A stretch of 64,000 bases of DNA from Polyangiaceae bacterium (GTDB lineage: Bacteria; Myxococcota_A; Polyangia; Polyangiales; Polyangiaceae): the NCBI GenBank assembly GCA_965222375.1, contig CBDCTZ010000016.1, forward strand, positions 2,336,001 through 2,400,000, in the 5' to 3' direction. Shown piece by piece: positions 37,931 to 48,966 of this stretch. The notes under the pieces are model-generated. The model searched no databases. It was not told the DNA's origin and was given only the letters and a program-made list of their open reading frames with translations. How positions within the stretch are numbered: position 1 is the stretch's first letter; the number at the start of each line of letters is the position of its first letter. The translations under genes were made by a program, and so were the position numbers.

Positions 37931-38460
37931 CGACCCACCACTGTCGCGCGCTCCACAGGGAGCACCAAATACGACTGTAACCAACCAAACAAGTCGAGGA
38001 AACTCGCGTGCCTGCGTGCGCGCGTTTCCGGCTGCAAGCCCCGTGGTGCTGCCGGGTGAAATGAAGACCCTGCGCAACCGCGCGATCGAGGCCGGGAAGC
38101 GGCCGCGAACGTCATCCTCCGTCGTGAGGAAACGGCCGCGACGCGATCGCTCGCCAACACCGCACGTGTGATGTCGGATCAGCCGATGCTGCTCCGATTG
38201 AAGGAGCTCGAGAGCTTCAAGGAAATCGCGGGAAACATCCAGGAGGTGCGTCTCGTGGTGGGTGCCGACTCGCTCAAGGCACTGCTTCCGGCCGACATGC
38301 TCGGCAAGGCTTGAAAATGGGAACTAGAGCGTCGATGCCCCGCCCCTTTTGAAGGATCGGGGGGCGGGGTATCGGTTTCCGAGCTTGCGTGCAAACGCAG
38401 GCAGCAGTTGTTTTCCGCGCTGCAATGAGCACGCGGTGCTTCTCGTCGCATGGGTTGTCA
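37931..38460 (+). repeat. Second internally deleted slipin-locus copy, frameshifted
   Basis: Motif A, slipin 3' CDS 38042-38327, terminator, motif B. Confidence 0.9.
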
Positions 38461-38547
38461 GTCGTAGATCTTGAGCTCGTCGTAGGTACCGTCGCTCTCG
38501 CACCAGCGGGCTTTGGACGCCGTCCGCGCAGCCTTTGTCCCTTGCCA

Positions 38548-38579
38548 TGTACATAATTTATAGCTACATATTATATAGG
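38548..38579 (+). promoter_or_regulatory. AT-rich tandem boxes, candidate PadR operator/promoter
   Basis: TACATAATTTATAG and TACATATTATATAG directly before the PadR ATG. Confidence 0.5.
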
Positions 38580-38581
38580 TA

Positions 38582-39151
38582 ATGGGGCTCGGGCACGTGA
38601 TTCTGGGTTTTTTGTCGGTTGGGCCGATGCATGGCTACGCCCTCAAACGCTGGCTTTCTCCGGCGCTGCCGAGGGGGAAGCGAATCAACGACGGCCTGCT
38701 CTACCCGACCCTGAGCCGACTGGAACAGGCTGGCTGGGTCAGAAAGTCCAGTAATCGAAAAGGGCAGGGTCCGCCGCGCAATGTGTTCCACCTGACCACC
38801 CCGGGCAAAAAGGAATTCGCGCGATGGCTGGAGGACGACAGCGATGAGGCCGACGAGGTTCGCTACGATTTTCTCGTCGGCCATCCCTTCCTGGCCAAGT
38901 GCATTTTCTTCCGTGAGCTCGCCCCGGACGTCATTCGCGACAAGATCGCCACTCAGCTCGAAGCATCGTCCGCCAAACTGCGACAGTTCGAGGCGATCAA
39001 GCTTGGAATGGAAGAGCGCGGCGTTGACCCATGGCGCATCTCCGTCTTGGAGCTCGGTATCGGGCAGCAACGCGCGCGGGTTCGCTGGCTGAAACAGCTG
39101 CCGGAGATCCTCGCACAACCGCGGCATCGCCGAAAAAGGAGTACGGCATGA
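38582..39151 (+). CDS. PadR-family transcriptional regulator
   Basis: ILGFL...PMHGYAL, G.LYPTLSRLEQAGWV, F.LT..G. Confidence 0.92.
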   Translation: MGLGHVILGFLSVGPMHGYALKRWLSPALPRGKRINDGLLYPTLSRLEQAGWVRKSSNRKGQGPPRNVFHLTTPGKKEFARWLEDDSDEADEVRYDFLVGHPFLAKCIFFRELAPDVIRDKIATQLEASSAKLRQFEAIKLGMEERGVDPWRISVLELGIGQQRARVRWLKQLPEILAQPRHRRKRSTA

Positions 39152-40068
39152 AACTCGACGTAATCGATATGTGGGCACCCGTCGTTCCCTCTCGCGAGAT
39201 AGGCGAACACATCGCTGAGCACTTCCCTGAAAAGTTGCTGAACTACTTGCGCGTATTTTGGAAGATGCAGTCGCCGACTCTGGAAAAGTTCGCCGAGCGA
39301 GGCAAAGCGATGATGCTCCCGGACGAAGACGTGATTGGCTTGCTCGACCAAGCCCGCATCCGCACTGCACTCATCACTGGCTTTGACGAGGCTCAGAGTG
39401 GCGGCACGACCTTCGTCTCCAATGAAAGCGTGGCGGCGCTTGCGAAGCGACATCCCGATCGCTTCATCCCTTTCTGTGGCGCGGACGTGTTTCGCGGTGC
39501 GCCAGCCGTTCGAGAAATGGAGCACTGGATTGTCGATCACGGTTTTCGAGGCCTGAGCCTCCGGCCCTTCATGATCGGCGAGCCGGCAACGGACCGTCGC
39601 TATTACCCCTTCTACGAGAAATGCGTCGAGCTCGACGTTCCGCTCAGCATTCACGCATCCGCAAACTGGACCGACAATCGGCCGAGTGATCTCGGCCATC
39701 CCCGACATTTCGATCAAGTTGCTTGTGATTTCCCTGAACTCAAGCTGATCCTGAGTCACGCGGGCTATCCTTGGGTGCTCGAGGCGTGCCTCATTGCCTG
39801 GAAGCACCCGAATGTCTACTTGGAGCTCGCCGCACACCGACCCAAGTACTTTGCCCGGCCCGAGGTCGGTTGGGCTCCACTGATGCACTATGGGCAGACC
39901 ACGATCAAAGACAAGATCCTGTACGGTACAGGCGCATTCCTACTGGGTCGCCACCCCGCCGAGCTCGTTGGCGAAATGCGCTCGCTCGGTCTGCCCGACG
40001 ACGTGCTGCGCCTCTGGCTCCACGACAACGCCGCGGCCTTGCTGAAGCTCGACGATCCCGCCAACTGA
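39148..40068 (+). CDS. Amidohydrolase_2 family protein
   Basis: HPDRFIPF, YPFYEKCVELDVP..IH, FPELKLILSHAGYPW, ILYGT. Confidence 0.88.
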   Translation: MKLDVIDMWAPVVPSREIGEHIAEHFPEKLLNYLRVFWKMQSPTLEKFAERGKAMMLPDEDVIGLLDQARIRTALITGFDEAQSGGTTFVSNESVAALAKRHPDRFIPFCGADVFRGAPAVREMEHWIVDHGFRGLSLRPFMIGEPATDRRYYPFYEKCVELDVPLSIHASANWTDNRPSDLGHPRHFDQVACDFPELKLILSHAGYPWVLEACLIAWKHPNVYLELAAHRPKYFARPEVGWAPLMHYGQTTIKDKILYGTGAFLLGRHPAELVGEMRSLGLPDDVLRLWLHDNAAALLKLDDPAN

Positions 40069-40306
40069 TTGGGTGGGGGCGTAGGCGAGGCAGTTTTTCG
40101 GTTTAGGCAGCGCGGCCAACAGCGGAGACGCTTGCCGCGGGAGCGGAAGTCGGGGAAGGCGGGTGCCGAAGGGGTGGTTTTTCGGAGATGTCGGCGAGCA
40201 GCACGTCCGCCTGAGCGAGACCCTTTGTGGGGTGCCTCCTGAACGCGACAATCCGGCAGGGCAGGCCAACGCAACGCGGCGCGGCACCACGTTGGAGTCC
40301 TCGAGT

Positions 40307-41571
40307 TCACGGCCCACACGCCAGCGTGGCGGAGCTGTCGCCGAGCTGCAGCCAAATCCCAGAACTGGGCCGAAGCCTCAGTCGCGGCGCTGTGCTCGGG
40401 CTCGCCGTGATGATCTCGTCTTTCAGTGCTTTGGGCCCGACAGTAGACTCGGTCAACGAGTAAAGCATGCTGCGGGGCGGGTCCACGAGAGCGTTCCCGA
40501 CAAGACGGTAGCTGCGGACAACCTTGTGCCCAGCGGAACTGGTCAGAGACAGCTGGAGGGATGCACGCACCGGAACCTTGCCCGGGCTTTGGCTTTGGCC
40601 GAGCTTAGTGTGCAGAGTCAGCACTGCTTCCGCGTCGAACTGAACGCCCGCCGTCGCAAAGGTTCTACTCGCCTTTGCTCGGCCCGCAAGGAAATCTGCC
40701 ACTGAAAAGCAGAGGCTCTGCATAGTCATCGACGGCACTCCGTGATCTGGCAAGGCGACCGCGATGGACCATGCCAGCGGTCGCTTTGGCAACCGCTCGG
40801 GCAAGAATCCGCCGGAATCTCCTTCGTGAACGGCCTCGAGTCCCATCGGTGGGTCGCCGTGAGCCAGATCCCGCGCCGCGCGCAGCACGCCGCGCGCAAG
40901 GGCTGCGTTGATGGGCATGGATTGGGGCCCAATGTCTGCGTCCGGATCATCAAGTGGGACCTTCGCCCAATAGGTCTTGTGCGCTGGCGTGGTTTTGGAA
41001 CCGCTCACTGTCTTCGTACCCGCTCCCCAGATCCCGCTGACTCGACTGAAGTCCCGGTTGAGTTCCATAGCGGACTCAGTTTCGACAAACACGGCGTCCG
41101 CACCGCGTGTGGTGACGGGCGTGAGCTGGCGCACGATGGCACGTCGAAACGCTCCGCGTAACTCCAAATCTGCACGGCGCGGCGCGAAGTGCTTTCGAAC
41201 GCGCTCTGCAGCGGCCGCCCCACTTGCGGGCACCTTTGGCAGACTTAGGGGAAGCGCAGCGCGGCTGTTCCAATCCTCTGTCTCGACCAAGAGTACTTGG
41301 TCGCGGTGGACTTGCACGTTGTGGTACCGCACGCCTCCGGGACCGTGGACCCAGACCCGGAACTCGTGCAGGAACTCTCCGACTTCCGCAACGTACACAT
41401 AGTTACGGTAGGGCCTGAGCGAATCAGGTGCGTGCTGGTAGCTGGTTGGAGGCTTGGGTTTTCCTGGACTGGCAGCTGCAGCGGCAGCAGCGGGGCTTCG
41501 TCCCCCGCAGGCGACTGCCAACAAGCCGAGCGCGGCGACGGAGCACGCTCGGCGCAACAAAAGTGGGCGCA
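40307..41571 (-). CDS. Hypothetical lipoprotein
   Basis: LLAVAC lipobox in a long ORF; start uncertain. Confidence 0.55.
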
Positions 41572-41949
41572 TTGCGCGTTGTACGCCCGGCAGTGTTTCT
41601 AGCTTCCTGCTTGGAATGTCGACTGCTTTTAGCGTTCGGGCCATGTCCGGTGATGTATTTGCACGACCTGCGGAGCATGTAAAAGAACGGCCTGCTCTGG
41701 GTTGGTCCCAATACGCAACACCAGCTTGAACGCTCCCACGTTTGTCGACTCGAGAGCAAGCCGCACCGCCCGCGCACCGCAAGACCAGGTTCGGCCAGCA
41801 AAGCCTCGGAATTGTGCTCGCGAACGCGCTCGCTCCAGGACACGAACCGATCCCAATTCCGGACTTCACCGATCGCCCACGCTTTCGTTTCATAGCGAGC
41901 TGGGTGTACTCGCGTGTCAGCTCCTCGCTCCTGGTGGCGTTCGCTTTCG

Positions 41950-42064
41950 CTAGGCCGCGGTGGTCCAGACCTCACGCTCAAGGCCGTGAATCAGCTGCGT
42001 GGCATGAGCGGCGCTGGGCATGCCGGCCAGCTCTCGCACCGCAGTGGCGGGCTCGGCTTGCACC
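41950..42064 (-). pseudogene. Copy of the 3' end of the ferritin-like gene, adjacent to motif A copy 4
   Basis: Near-identical to ~43196-43310. Confidence 0.85.
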
Positions 42065-42097
42065 CCACAGTAAAACGAATTTCGTCACGTCTTTCTG

Positions 42098-42153
42098 GGT
42101 TTGGTTTGAGTCGTATTTGGCGCTCCCTGTTGCCGCGCAACAGTGATGGGTCG
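42098..42153 (-). repeat. Motif A copy 4
   Basis: Reverse complement GGTTTGGTTTGAGTCGTATTTGGCGCTCC...GGGTCG. Confidence 0.9.
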
Positions 42154-42603
42154 AGGCGGCTCTGGCAAACCAGCGTCCGCGACTATGCACCTGGTGGATC
42201 GCGCTCGGGTGCTCGGCCGATGGCCTGCGCGTGACCCTTGCGCGTAGGCGAACTCCAAAGACAGTGGCGTTGGCTTCTGCTCAGCCCAACGGTGCGAACG
42301 GTGTCTCTCCGGTGCCAAAGCGTGAAAGCCGGCGGCGCGCGCGGAATCAACGAACCCAATGCGCCGTAGGCGCGGTCCGCGCACGTCCTGCGCGCCTGGA
42401 GGCGCGCGCCCGAGAGTGTCCGCTTGGTCTCGTCGAGCCAAGCGAAGACGCAAAGCGTGCCGGCAGCGGAACTCTACTTGCGGCACCACTCGCCCTGCCT
42501 CGAGCCTCCCCTCGTTAGGTGCAGCCGACCCTCGTCGTGGCATAGCTCGTGCTTCAAGACGTTGTGGAAACGATGTCCAGATCACCACCACGACGGAGGC
42601 CGC

Positions 42604-43076
42604 ATGACTAAGGGAAACGAATACGACGTCATCGTCATTGGGTCCGGCATGGGCGGCTTGACAACGGCGCGATGACCGGTGCGCTCGATCCCGGCGATGC
42701 TGGCTCGTTCACGGTGACCGTTTACACGTTCAAGCATTTCACGGCGCCTACCATGCGCGGCTTCGACTACGTGCCGCGACTCGTGGCCGAGCCCGTCGTG
42801 ATGCGCCCCCGCCGCGACGTGCGATGTGGCGAAGGAAAAGTCACGCTGACGTCGTCGCCGTACGACCCCTTGGGAGAGGTGCCCGTCGGCGAGCTGATCG
42901 TCTCTGCATACGGCCGATTCGACAACACGATGTTGCCCGGAGAGGTGGTCGGACGGGCCTGGTGGCTCCCTGGCTTCTTGAAGCACGCCTTCTTCAAGGT
43001 CGATGTGGCGGCGGCGAAGCTCGGCTGGCTGGATGAAGCTCCGTCGCCTGACCCTTGGGGCAAACCCAAGCGCTAG
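42604..43076 (+). pseudogene. Fused fragments: FAD-oxidoreductase N-terminus and acetoacetate-decarboxylase-like C-terminus
   Basis: YDVIVIGSGMGGLT then stop; G.GKVTLTSSPYDPLGEVPV. Confidence 0.65.
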
Positions 43077-43195
43077 CTTAGGCCTGGGGGGGCGTAGGGC
43101 GTTGGACAGCCTACCGGTGCTCTCCAGGGGGCCCGTAGTGCCAGCGACGAAAACCGCGATGGAAGGACGCCTGCTCGCTGTGGCCCAGCAACTCG

Positions 43196-44637
43196 CTAGG
43201 CCGCGGCGGACCAGACCTCACGCTCGAGGCCGTGAATCAGCTGCGTGGCATGAGCGGCGCTGGGCATGCTGGCTAGCTCTCGCACCGCAGTGGCGGGCTC
43301 GGCTTGCACCTCGCGGTACAGTTCGTCGATGGCGCGACGTCGTGCGGCCTCCACTTGTTCGCGCTCCGTGGGGGAGAGTTGCGGCAGGAGCCACGCGTCG
43401 AGGTCGTGCGACAGCAAAGCGTGCGCCGTTTCCTCCTCCGCGATGTGCTGCCAGGCGCTGCGCACGTCGGTGTCATTGGCGGTGGTGGCTTGGTAGTGCG
43501 CACACAGCGCACCGTAGGTTTCTCGCACGCAACCCTCCACGGCGTTGTCCAGAGCCATTGCCAGCAGGCTGCGTGGCGGACGTAACTCCACGGACACGGC
43601 GGCGGGCTCTGCACCGTGGCGGCGCGCGAGATCACCGGTGACCTTCGCGTGGCGCACTTCATCGCGGCAGGCGCGTCGTGCGCGCTCGATCAGCTGAGGT
43701 GGCGCGCCGTGGGCGACGAGCTCGCGTTCCAACAATGCAAAGGCGACCACCGCGGCACCTTCCAAGTGGCAAATGTAGGCCAAGTAACGGCCCAGCGCGT
43801 CGTCTGCGGCGCAAGCCGCCGCGGGGGCCAAACCGTCGGGTCGTCGTCCTGCACAACCGCCACCAACTTCGGGCTCGGCTAGCGCGGTGGTGGTCACCTT
43901 GCGTCCGGCCCTACGACTGCGCGCAGCTTCTGCCAGGTGAACGGGCAGTCGTTGATCATCCAGCGGCCGTCGGCGGTGTAGCCGCTGGGGCTCTCGTAGA
44001 TCTCTCCGCATTTGACGGGCTTGTGGTTCATCCAGAGCACGATCGCGGCTTCGTTCGGCGTGTCGATCGTGCCCAAGAACTTCAAGAGATCTGCAGCCGT
44101 GGAAACGTCATCCACTGCGTCGCCCTGCGTGCGCACGTAGTAGTGGTACTCCGGCGTTCCGCCCGTAGTGCCGAAGCCGTACTCGGTACACGTTCCGGGC
44201 TTCGGTTGCTGGTAGCAGTCGGGACCAGCGCTCGCCACCGCTCCAGCGCACGCCGTCGGATCCGTTGCCGTCTTGCACTGCGTGCCCGACTCGTCGACCA
44301 GCTCTGGCGCCGAAAAACCTCCGCGCATCAGCGCCAAGTACTCGTAGGGCTCTGTTGCGGACAGGCCGGAGGTGTACTTGGGGGTTTCGCCCTCGCACTC
44401 CATGGTCACCGGTGCGCCACCCAGGCCGGCCATGCCTCCGGCGGCGCCACCCGCACCTCCGCTCGAGCCGCCGGCGCCCCCGGTCGTTCCGGCACTGCCA
44501 CCAGTCGCGCCTTCGCTACCGCTGGTGGCGCCTGCGCTACCGCCCGCGCCTGCCCCGTCGGTCGAGCCTCCGCAGGCCGAACTCAGCGTGGTGGCCACGA
44601 TGCCACCGAGGATTGTGTTCATGGATCGCAACTTCAT
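43196..44637 (-). pseudogene. Lipoprotein with C-terminal ferritin-like domain, frameshift near 43900
   Basis: SAC lipobox; GRRPDGL, LEGAAV.AF, DEVRHA, NAVEGCVRET, EETAH split across two frames. Confidence 0.8.
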
Positions 44638-44650
44638 GCAGTCCTCTTAC

Positions 44651-44665
44651 GCAATCCTCATGCCA
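44651..44665 (-). promoter_or_regulatory. Candidate sigma54 promoter
   Basis: TGGCATGAGGATTGC on the minus strand upstream of ATG 44637. Confidence 0.55.
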
Positions 44666-44779
44666 CGCCTCTGGCGTTACGAACCGCTTGCAAATACAGC
44701 AAAGGGGGTGGGCGCGTGGTACAGCGTGGCACTGATTCGGACATGCCGGCCGGGAGGTCCGTTCTGCGGACATGTTGGT

Positions 44780-44890
44780 AGCTCGAGCTGATTGCCGGGA
44801 GCGGGAGGGTTTTGTTTGCGGCGTTGTTGGCGGGTAGCTCGGCCACGACTCGTGCTCGGTGCGACGAATGACTGGAGAGCACCCCGAGCC
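44780..44890 (-). pseudogene. IS91-like transposase fragment
   Basis: GVLSSHSSHRARVV matches ~27550-27595. Confidence 0.75.
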
Positions 44891-45122
44891 GGGGTGGACG
44901 AAGTCCAGCTTGCTGGACGCTGTTCGTGCAGAAGGTTCCTTCAGGGCCGTGCAGATAAGGCGATGCGTCCGGACGGATGAGGCCGGCTGCCGCCGCGGGA
45001 TCGTCTGGATCGGGCAGTGGCGGCGCGTCGGGCAGCGGTGGCGCGTCAGGTAGCGGCGGCGCCGATGCCTTGCCCGGCGAATGGTCGCGTGGCATGACAG
45101 GCTCCGCTACTTGGAAGCTAAT

Positions 45123-45782
45123 ATGAACGTGCGTGTCTTTGGGGCAGTTTTCGTTCTTGCCGCGATGTTTTCGGCGTGCGGCGGTACATCGTCGTCGGAC
45201 GGCTCAGGCGGCGCGGGCGCTCAGGCAGGCAGCGGTGCAAACGCTAGTGGGGGGGCCGGCGCGGGCGCGGGCTCCGGTGGCACCGGCGCGACAAGCGGCG
45301 GCAGCGGTGGCGCTGTCGGTGGCAATGGTGGCGCGGGTGGCTCTGCGCTGACGAAGATTGAACAGTTCTGCGCGCAGTTGGACAAGCTGCCGTGCGTAGG
45401 CGACGGTTGCATCCAGGAAATCAACGCGATCGCGGCCGAAGCCGCCAACAGCGGCTGCACCGCCGAGTTCGAAGCCGTGCTCGACTGCAGCCTCGCAAAC
45501 CCCTTCCAGTGCGTAGACGGCCTGCCGCAGTCCCCCGCCGTCTGCAAGGCCGCAGAGAACACCTACGATGATTGCGTCTCGCCGAGTTCCTGCGCCGTTG
45601 GCGTCGGAAGTGGTCAATGCAGCCTCAGCTGCAACGGCTATGGCGCAAAGTGCCTGGAGTCGAGCGGAAGCTCCCTGTCGTGCTCTTGCACGGACGGTCC
45701 ACATGCGGGGACTAGCTTCCTCGTCCCAGGCACCTGCGGTGGCAACTGGAGGGACGAAGCCGACAAGAAGTGTGCTCCGTGA
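45123..45782 (+). CDS. Cys-rich lipoprotein
   Basis: FSAC lipobox, Gly linker, Cys-rich domain. Confidence 0.8.
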   Translation: MNVRVFGAVFVLAAMFSACGGTSSSDGSGGAGAQAGSGANASGGAGAGAGSGGTGATSGGSGGAVGGNGGAGGSALTKIEQFCAQLDKLPCVGDGCIQEINAIAAEAANSGCTAEFEAVLDCSLANPFQCVDGLPQSPAVCKAAENTYDDCVSPSSCAVGVGSGQCSLSCNGYGAKCLESSGSSLSCSCTDGPHAGTSFLVPGTCGGNWRDEADKKCAP

Positions 45783-46006
45783 CGACAGACGAGACTGCGC
45801 ATCCCACCTGGGACTTCGAAATGCTCGAGCAAGCCGCAGCGCAGGTGCTCCTCAAACTCGGCACCTTACGCCGACCGCATTTCGGATTGGCGTGAAGCGC
45901 TGATGCGGAGGTTGTCAACAAAAGCCGCCGCAGCGGACGTTCAGCCTCACAGGTGAAGATCGCGACGGGGTACGATTGCGCCGACCAAGCGGGGACTGGA
46001 GGAAGC

Positions 46007-47287
46007 ATGCAAGATCGATTCGATGCTGTTGTGATCGGCGGTGGACCAGCGGGGTCAACCGTTGGCACCATCGCCGCCCAGGCCGGCAGACGCATCTGTG
46101 TCCTTGAACGCGAAAACTTCCCTCGGTTCCATGTGGGCGAGTCGTTGCTGCCTCACAACAACGACCTCTTCGAGCGGCTCGGTGTCCTCGACAAGCTCCA
46201 CGACCGAGCAGTTCACGTTCGCAAGTACGGCGCGACCTTCATGGATGAGACTGGCGCTCGGCGCCAGACCTTCCGGTTCGACGAGGCGCTGAGCAAAGAT
46301 CATCCCTACGCTTTTCAGGTCGAACGGGCCGGGTTCGACCTGATGCTCCTGAATCGAGCCGCCGAGGTCGGAGCCGACGTGCGACAAGGATTCAAGGTTG
46401 TCGATCTGCTGCGTGACGGGAATCGCGTCGTCGGCGTCAAAGCCACCGATGCCGACGGCCAGTCCCACGAAATCGCTGCGAGCGTCGTGGTGGATGCGTC
46501 GGGTCGCGACACCTTCATGGCGTCACGGAAGAACCTGCGCGTGCCCCATCCGGAGCTGCGCAAGGCATGCGTATGGGCTCACTTCGGCGGCATCGAGCAA
46601 GAGCCCGGCGACGCCGCGGGGAACATTCGCATCATTGCCTTCAGCGACGGCTGGGCGTGGGTGATCCCCTTTGCGTCCGGCACCACCAGCGTTGGGCTCG
46701 TGCTGCATGCCAAGCGCTTCAAGCAGCGCTCCGGCGACATGCAGAGCTTCTGGGACGCGGAGGTCGCGCGGGCTCCAGCTCTCGCAGAGATCTTACGCCC
46801 TGCGAAGCGTACGACCGATCTGCAGACGATCAGTACCATTGCCTACACCACGAAGCAGTGGGCTGGCGATGGTTGGGTGGCCGTCGGCGACTCCGCCATC
46901 TTCCTCGATCCCGTGTTCTCGACCGGCGTGCTGCTTGCGATGACGTCGGGCGCGCTGGTGGGGGATATCATCGCGAGCGACGCCCGCTCCGATTGGAAGC
47001 CGAAGGCAGCGTCGTTCCGTAGCTACGAGCACACTATTCGATCGGCACTTGGCGAGGTCTATCCCTTCATCCAGGGGTTCTACGATCCTTCCTTCCTCGA
47101 ACAGTTCATGCAGCCCAGCGATTTCCTCGGAGCGCGGCGCGCCGTCACCTCACTGTTGGCGGGTGACGTCATCACGCAAAAACGATCCCATCGCTTGCGT
47201 CGCGCCGTCTTCTGGACCGGAGTTTGGAGGACCCGCCAGCGTCGGGCCGCGGAAAACAAATCCGTTGAGAGCACGCTGACTGATTGA
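46007..47287 (+). CDS. FAD-dependent oxidoreductase, flavin-halogenase family
   Basis: GGGPAG, FPRFHVGESL, GWAWVIP, GD.AIFLDPVFSTG; GGAGG RBS. Confidence 0.88.
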   Translation: MQDRFDAVVIGGGPAGSTVGTIAAQAGRRICVLERENFPRFHVGESLLPHNNDLFERLGVLDKLHDRAVHVRKYGATFMDETGARRQTFRFDEALSKDHPYAFQVERAGFDLMLLNRAAEVGADVRQGFKVVDLLRDGNRVVGVKATDADGQSHEIAASVVVDASGRDTFMASRKNLRVPHPELRKACVWAHFGGIEQEPGDAAGNIRIIAFSDGWAWVIPFASGTTSVGLVLHAKRFKQRSGDMQSFWDAEVARAPALAEILRPAKRTTDLQTISTIAYTTKQWAGDGWVAVGDSAIFLDPVFSTGVLLAMTSGALVGDIIASDARSDWKPKAASFRSYEHTIRSALGEVYPFIQGFYDPSFLEQFMQPSDFLGARRAVTSLLAGDVITQKRSHRLRRAVFWTGVWRTRQRRAAENKSVESTLTD

Positions 47288-47678
47288 CCGCCGCCGGCCT
47301 ACACCGACATCGCCGATTGCTGCGCGAGACCGAAGGGCATCAGAGCGCGAAGCAGTAGAGGCGGCCGGAGCCGTTGGGTTGATCGAGGGCGCTCCTCCGC
47401 GACCTCGATGGTCTCTGCAGTCGCGCCCCTTGCTTCCAGGCCGCGGCGCAAGAGTAATGCCACGCGCTGTTCGCACACACGGCTCCCTCAGAGCCGCGTA
47501 GACAAGGCGATGCGTCCGGATGAATGAGGACAATTGCCGCTGCACGTCCGGACCAATTCGGGACGAGTTCAGGCTTTGGCCGCACGGGACGCAGGTAATC
47601 TCGAGTGCCGCATGACGCATGGCGCGGAGGAGGGCTGCGTCGCTGCCCGTGGGTGCGGCTCTTGCAAGACGAGTCATC

Positions 47679-48060
47679 ATGCGGGTTGTCTTCCTCGTCG
47701 GTGTTCGGTTGGCAACGCTCTTGGGCATGGCCGCGCTGACTACGGCGTGCGGTGGCGAGGACTCAACGCAAGCAAAGGAGCTTGCCGGTTCGCACAGTCG
47801 CCCCCAGATAACTGGTGGTGCGCCGGCGACCCTCAGCGAGCTGCATTCTACGATCTGTATCTGGAGGCGCGAATTCTACTCGTGCGACTGCACAGGCACT
47901 CTGGTCGCGCCGACCGTCGTGGTGACTGCTGGCCATTGCGTGAAGATCCAAGAACACGGGAAGCTGCCCGCTGTCGTTGCGCCCGAGAGCCTCGGCGTGG
48001 TTGCTTGTGTAACGTCCGCGGACTCACAGGGGTCATGCTCGCTCGTTCGCGGGACACATT
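47679..48060 (+). pseudogene. Trypsin-like serine protease N-terminal fragment
   Basis: Lipobox, ITGG, CTGTLVAP.VVVTAGHCV; no GDSGG. Confidence 0.75.
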
Positions 48061-48671
48061 CGCGGCGCAGGAGCCTGGTATGGCTCGCGGTGTTGGGCGT
48101 GGCCGCGCGGCTGAGGCGTCGAGCGCAGCCAACTCCGCGCAGCGTATGGGGCTCGCCGAGTAGCCAGCAGGCTTTCGCGCCTGCGGCATACAGGGCGACT
48201 TCAACGGATCCCGGTCCAATCTCGGAGCGCTTGGGCGGCAAGACGATGCCTGCGCGACTCGCTCCGCTAATTGCGTGGCGCTGGGGCAGTCCTTTGCGCC
48301 CGCGTCACGTTCGACCCGGAGCCAGTTCGCGCTCGGTTCGGCCCCGTCCGACGCCGCGGCCGCTGCCGAAATGGCCGCCGCGAGCAGAAGCGCTCGCTGC
48401 GCTCGGCGGGCGCTACTAGACGCACTTTGGCCCATGACCCCCGCTTTGTTGCCGAGGGCAGGTCGTACGTTTAGGGCTGGATGCTGTTCACCGCGGCACG
48501 GAGTACAGGTTGTGCTCAAGCTGTCGGTCATTGATGGCCTGCGCTGGGTGGGTGCCTATGCCGCGCACTTGCGCGATGGACTGGTTGGGATGTCGGAGGC
48601 GGGCGAACCCGCGGACGGTTGTTGCGGAAGTGACAGCCGGAGCGGAGGGCGGCCCAGCAAACGTCGGCCAG

Positions 48672-48730
48672 CGACCCATCACTGTCGCGCGCTATCCGGG
48701 GAGCGCCAAATACGACTCAAACCAAACCAA
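48672..48730 (+). repeat. Motif A copy 5
   Basis: CGACCCATCACTGTCGCGCG...GAGCGCCAAATACGACTCAAACCAAACC. Confidence 0.9.
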
Positions 48731-48966
48731 GCACAAGCCCCGGCGCGCCCCCAGTGTTCGAACACCTGTCGAACACCAGTGGCCGCCAATGGTCCAAAAA
48801 CCACGCCGAAATGCCTGGATATTGCCAGGATCGGACCGGCACGGATGGTGCAGGCCGTGCCTTGCATGAAACCCAGCGCAGAAACCCTTCTGGCCGTCGA
48901 GTACGTTCTGGTCGGCGACCAACGACTCCTCCAGCAGTCAATCGCTTCAAAGAGGGCACAGCGGCA

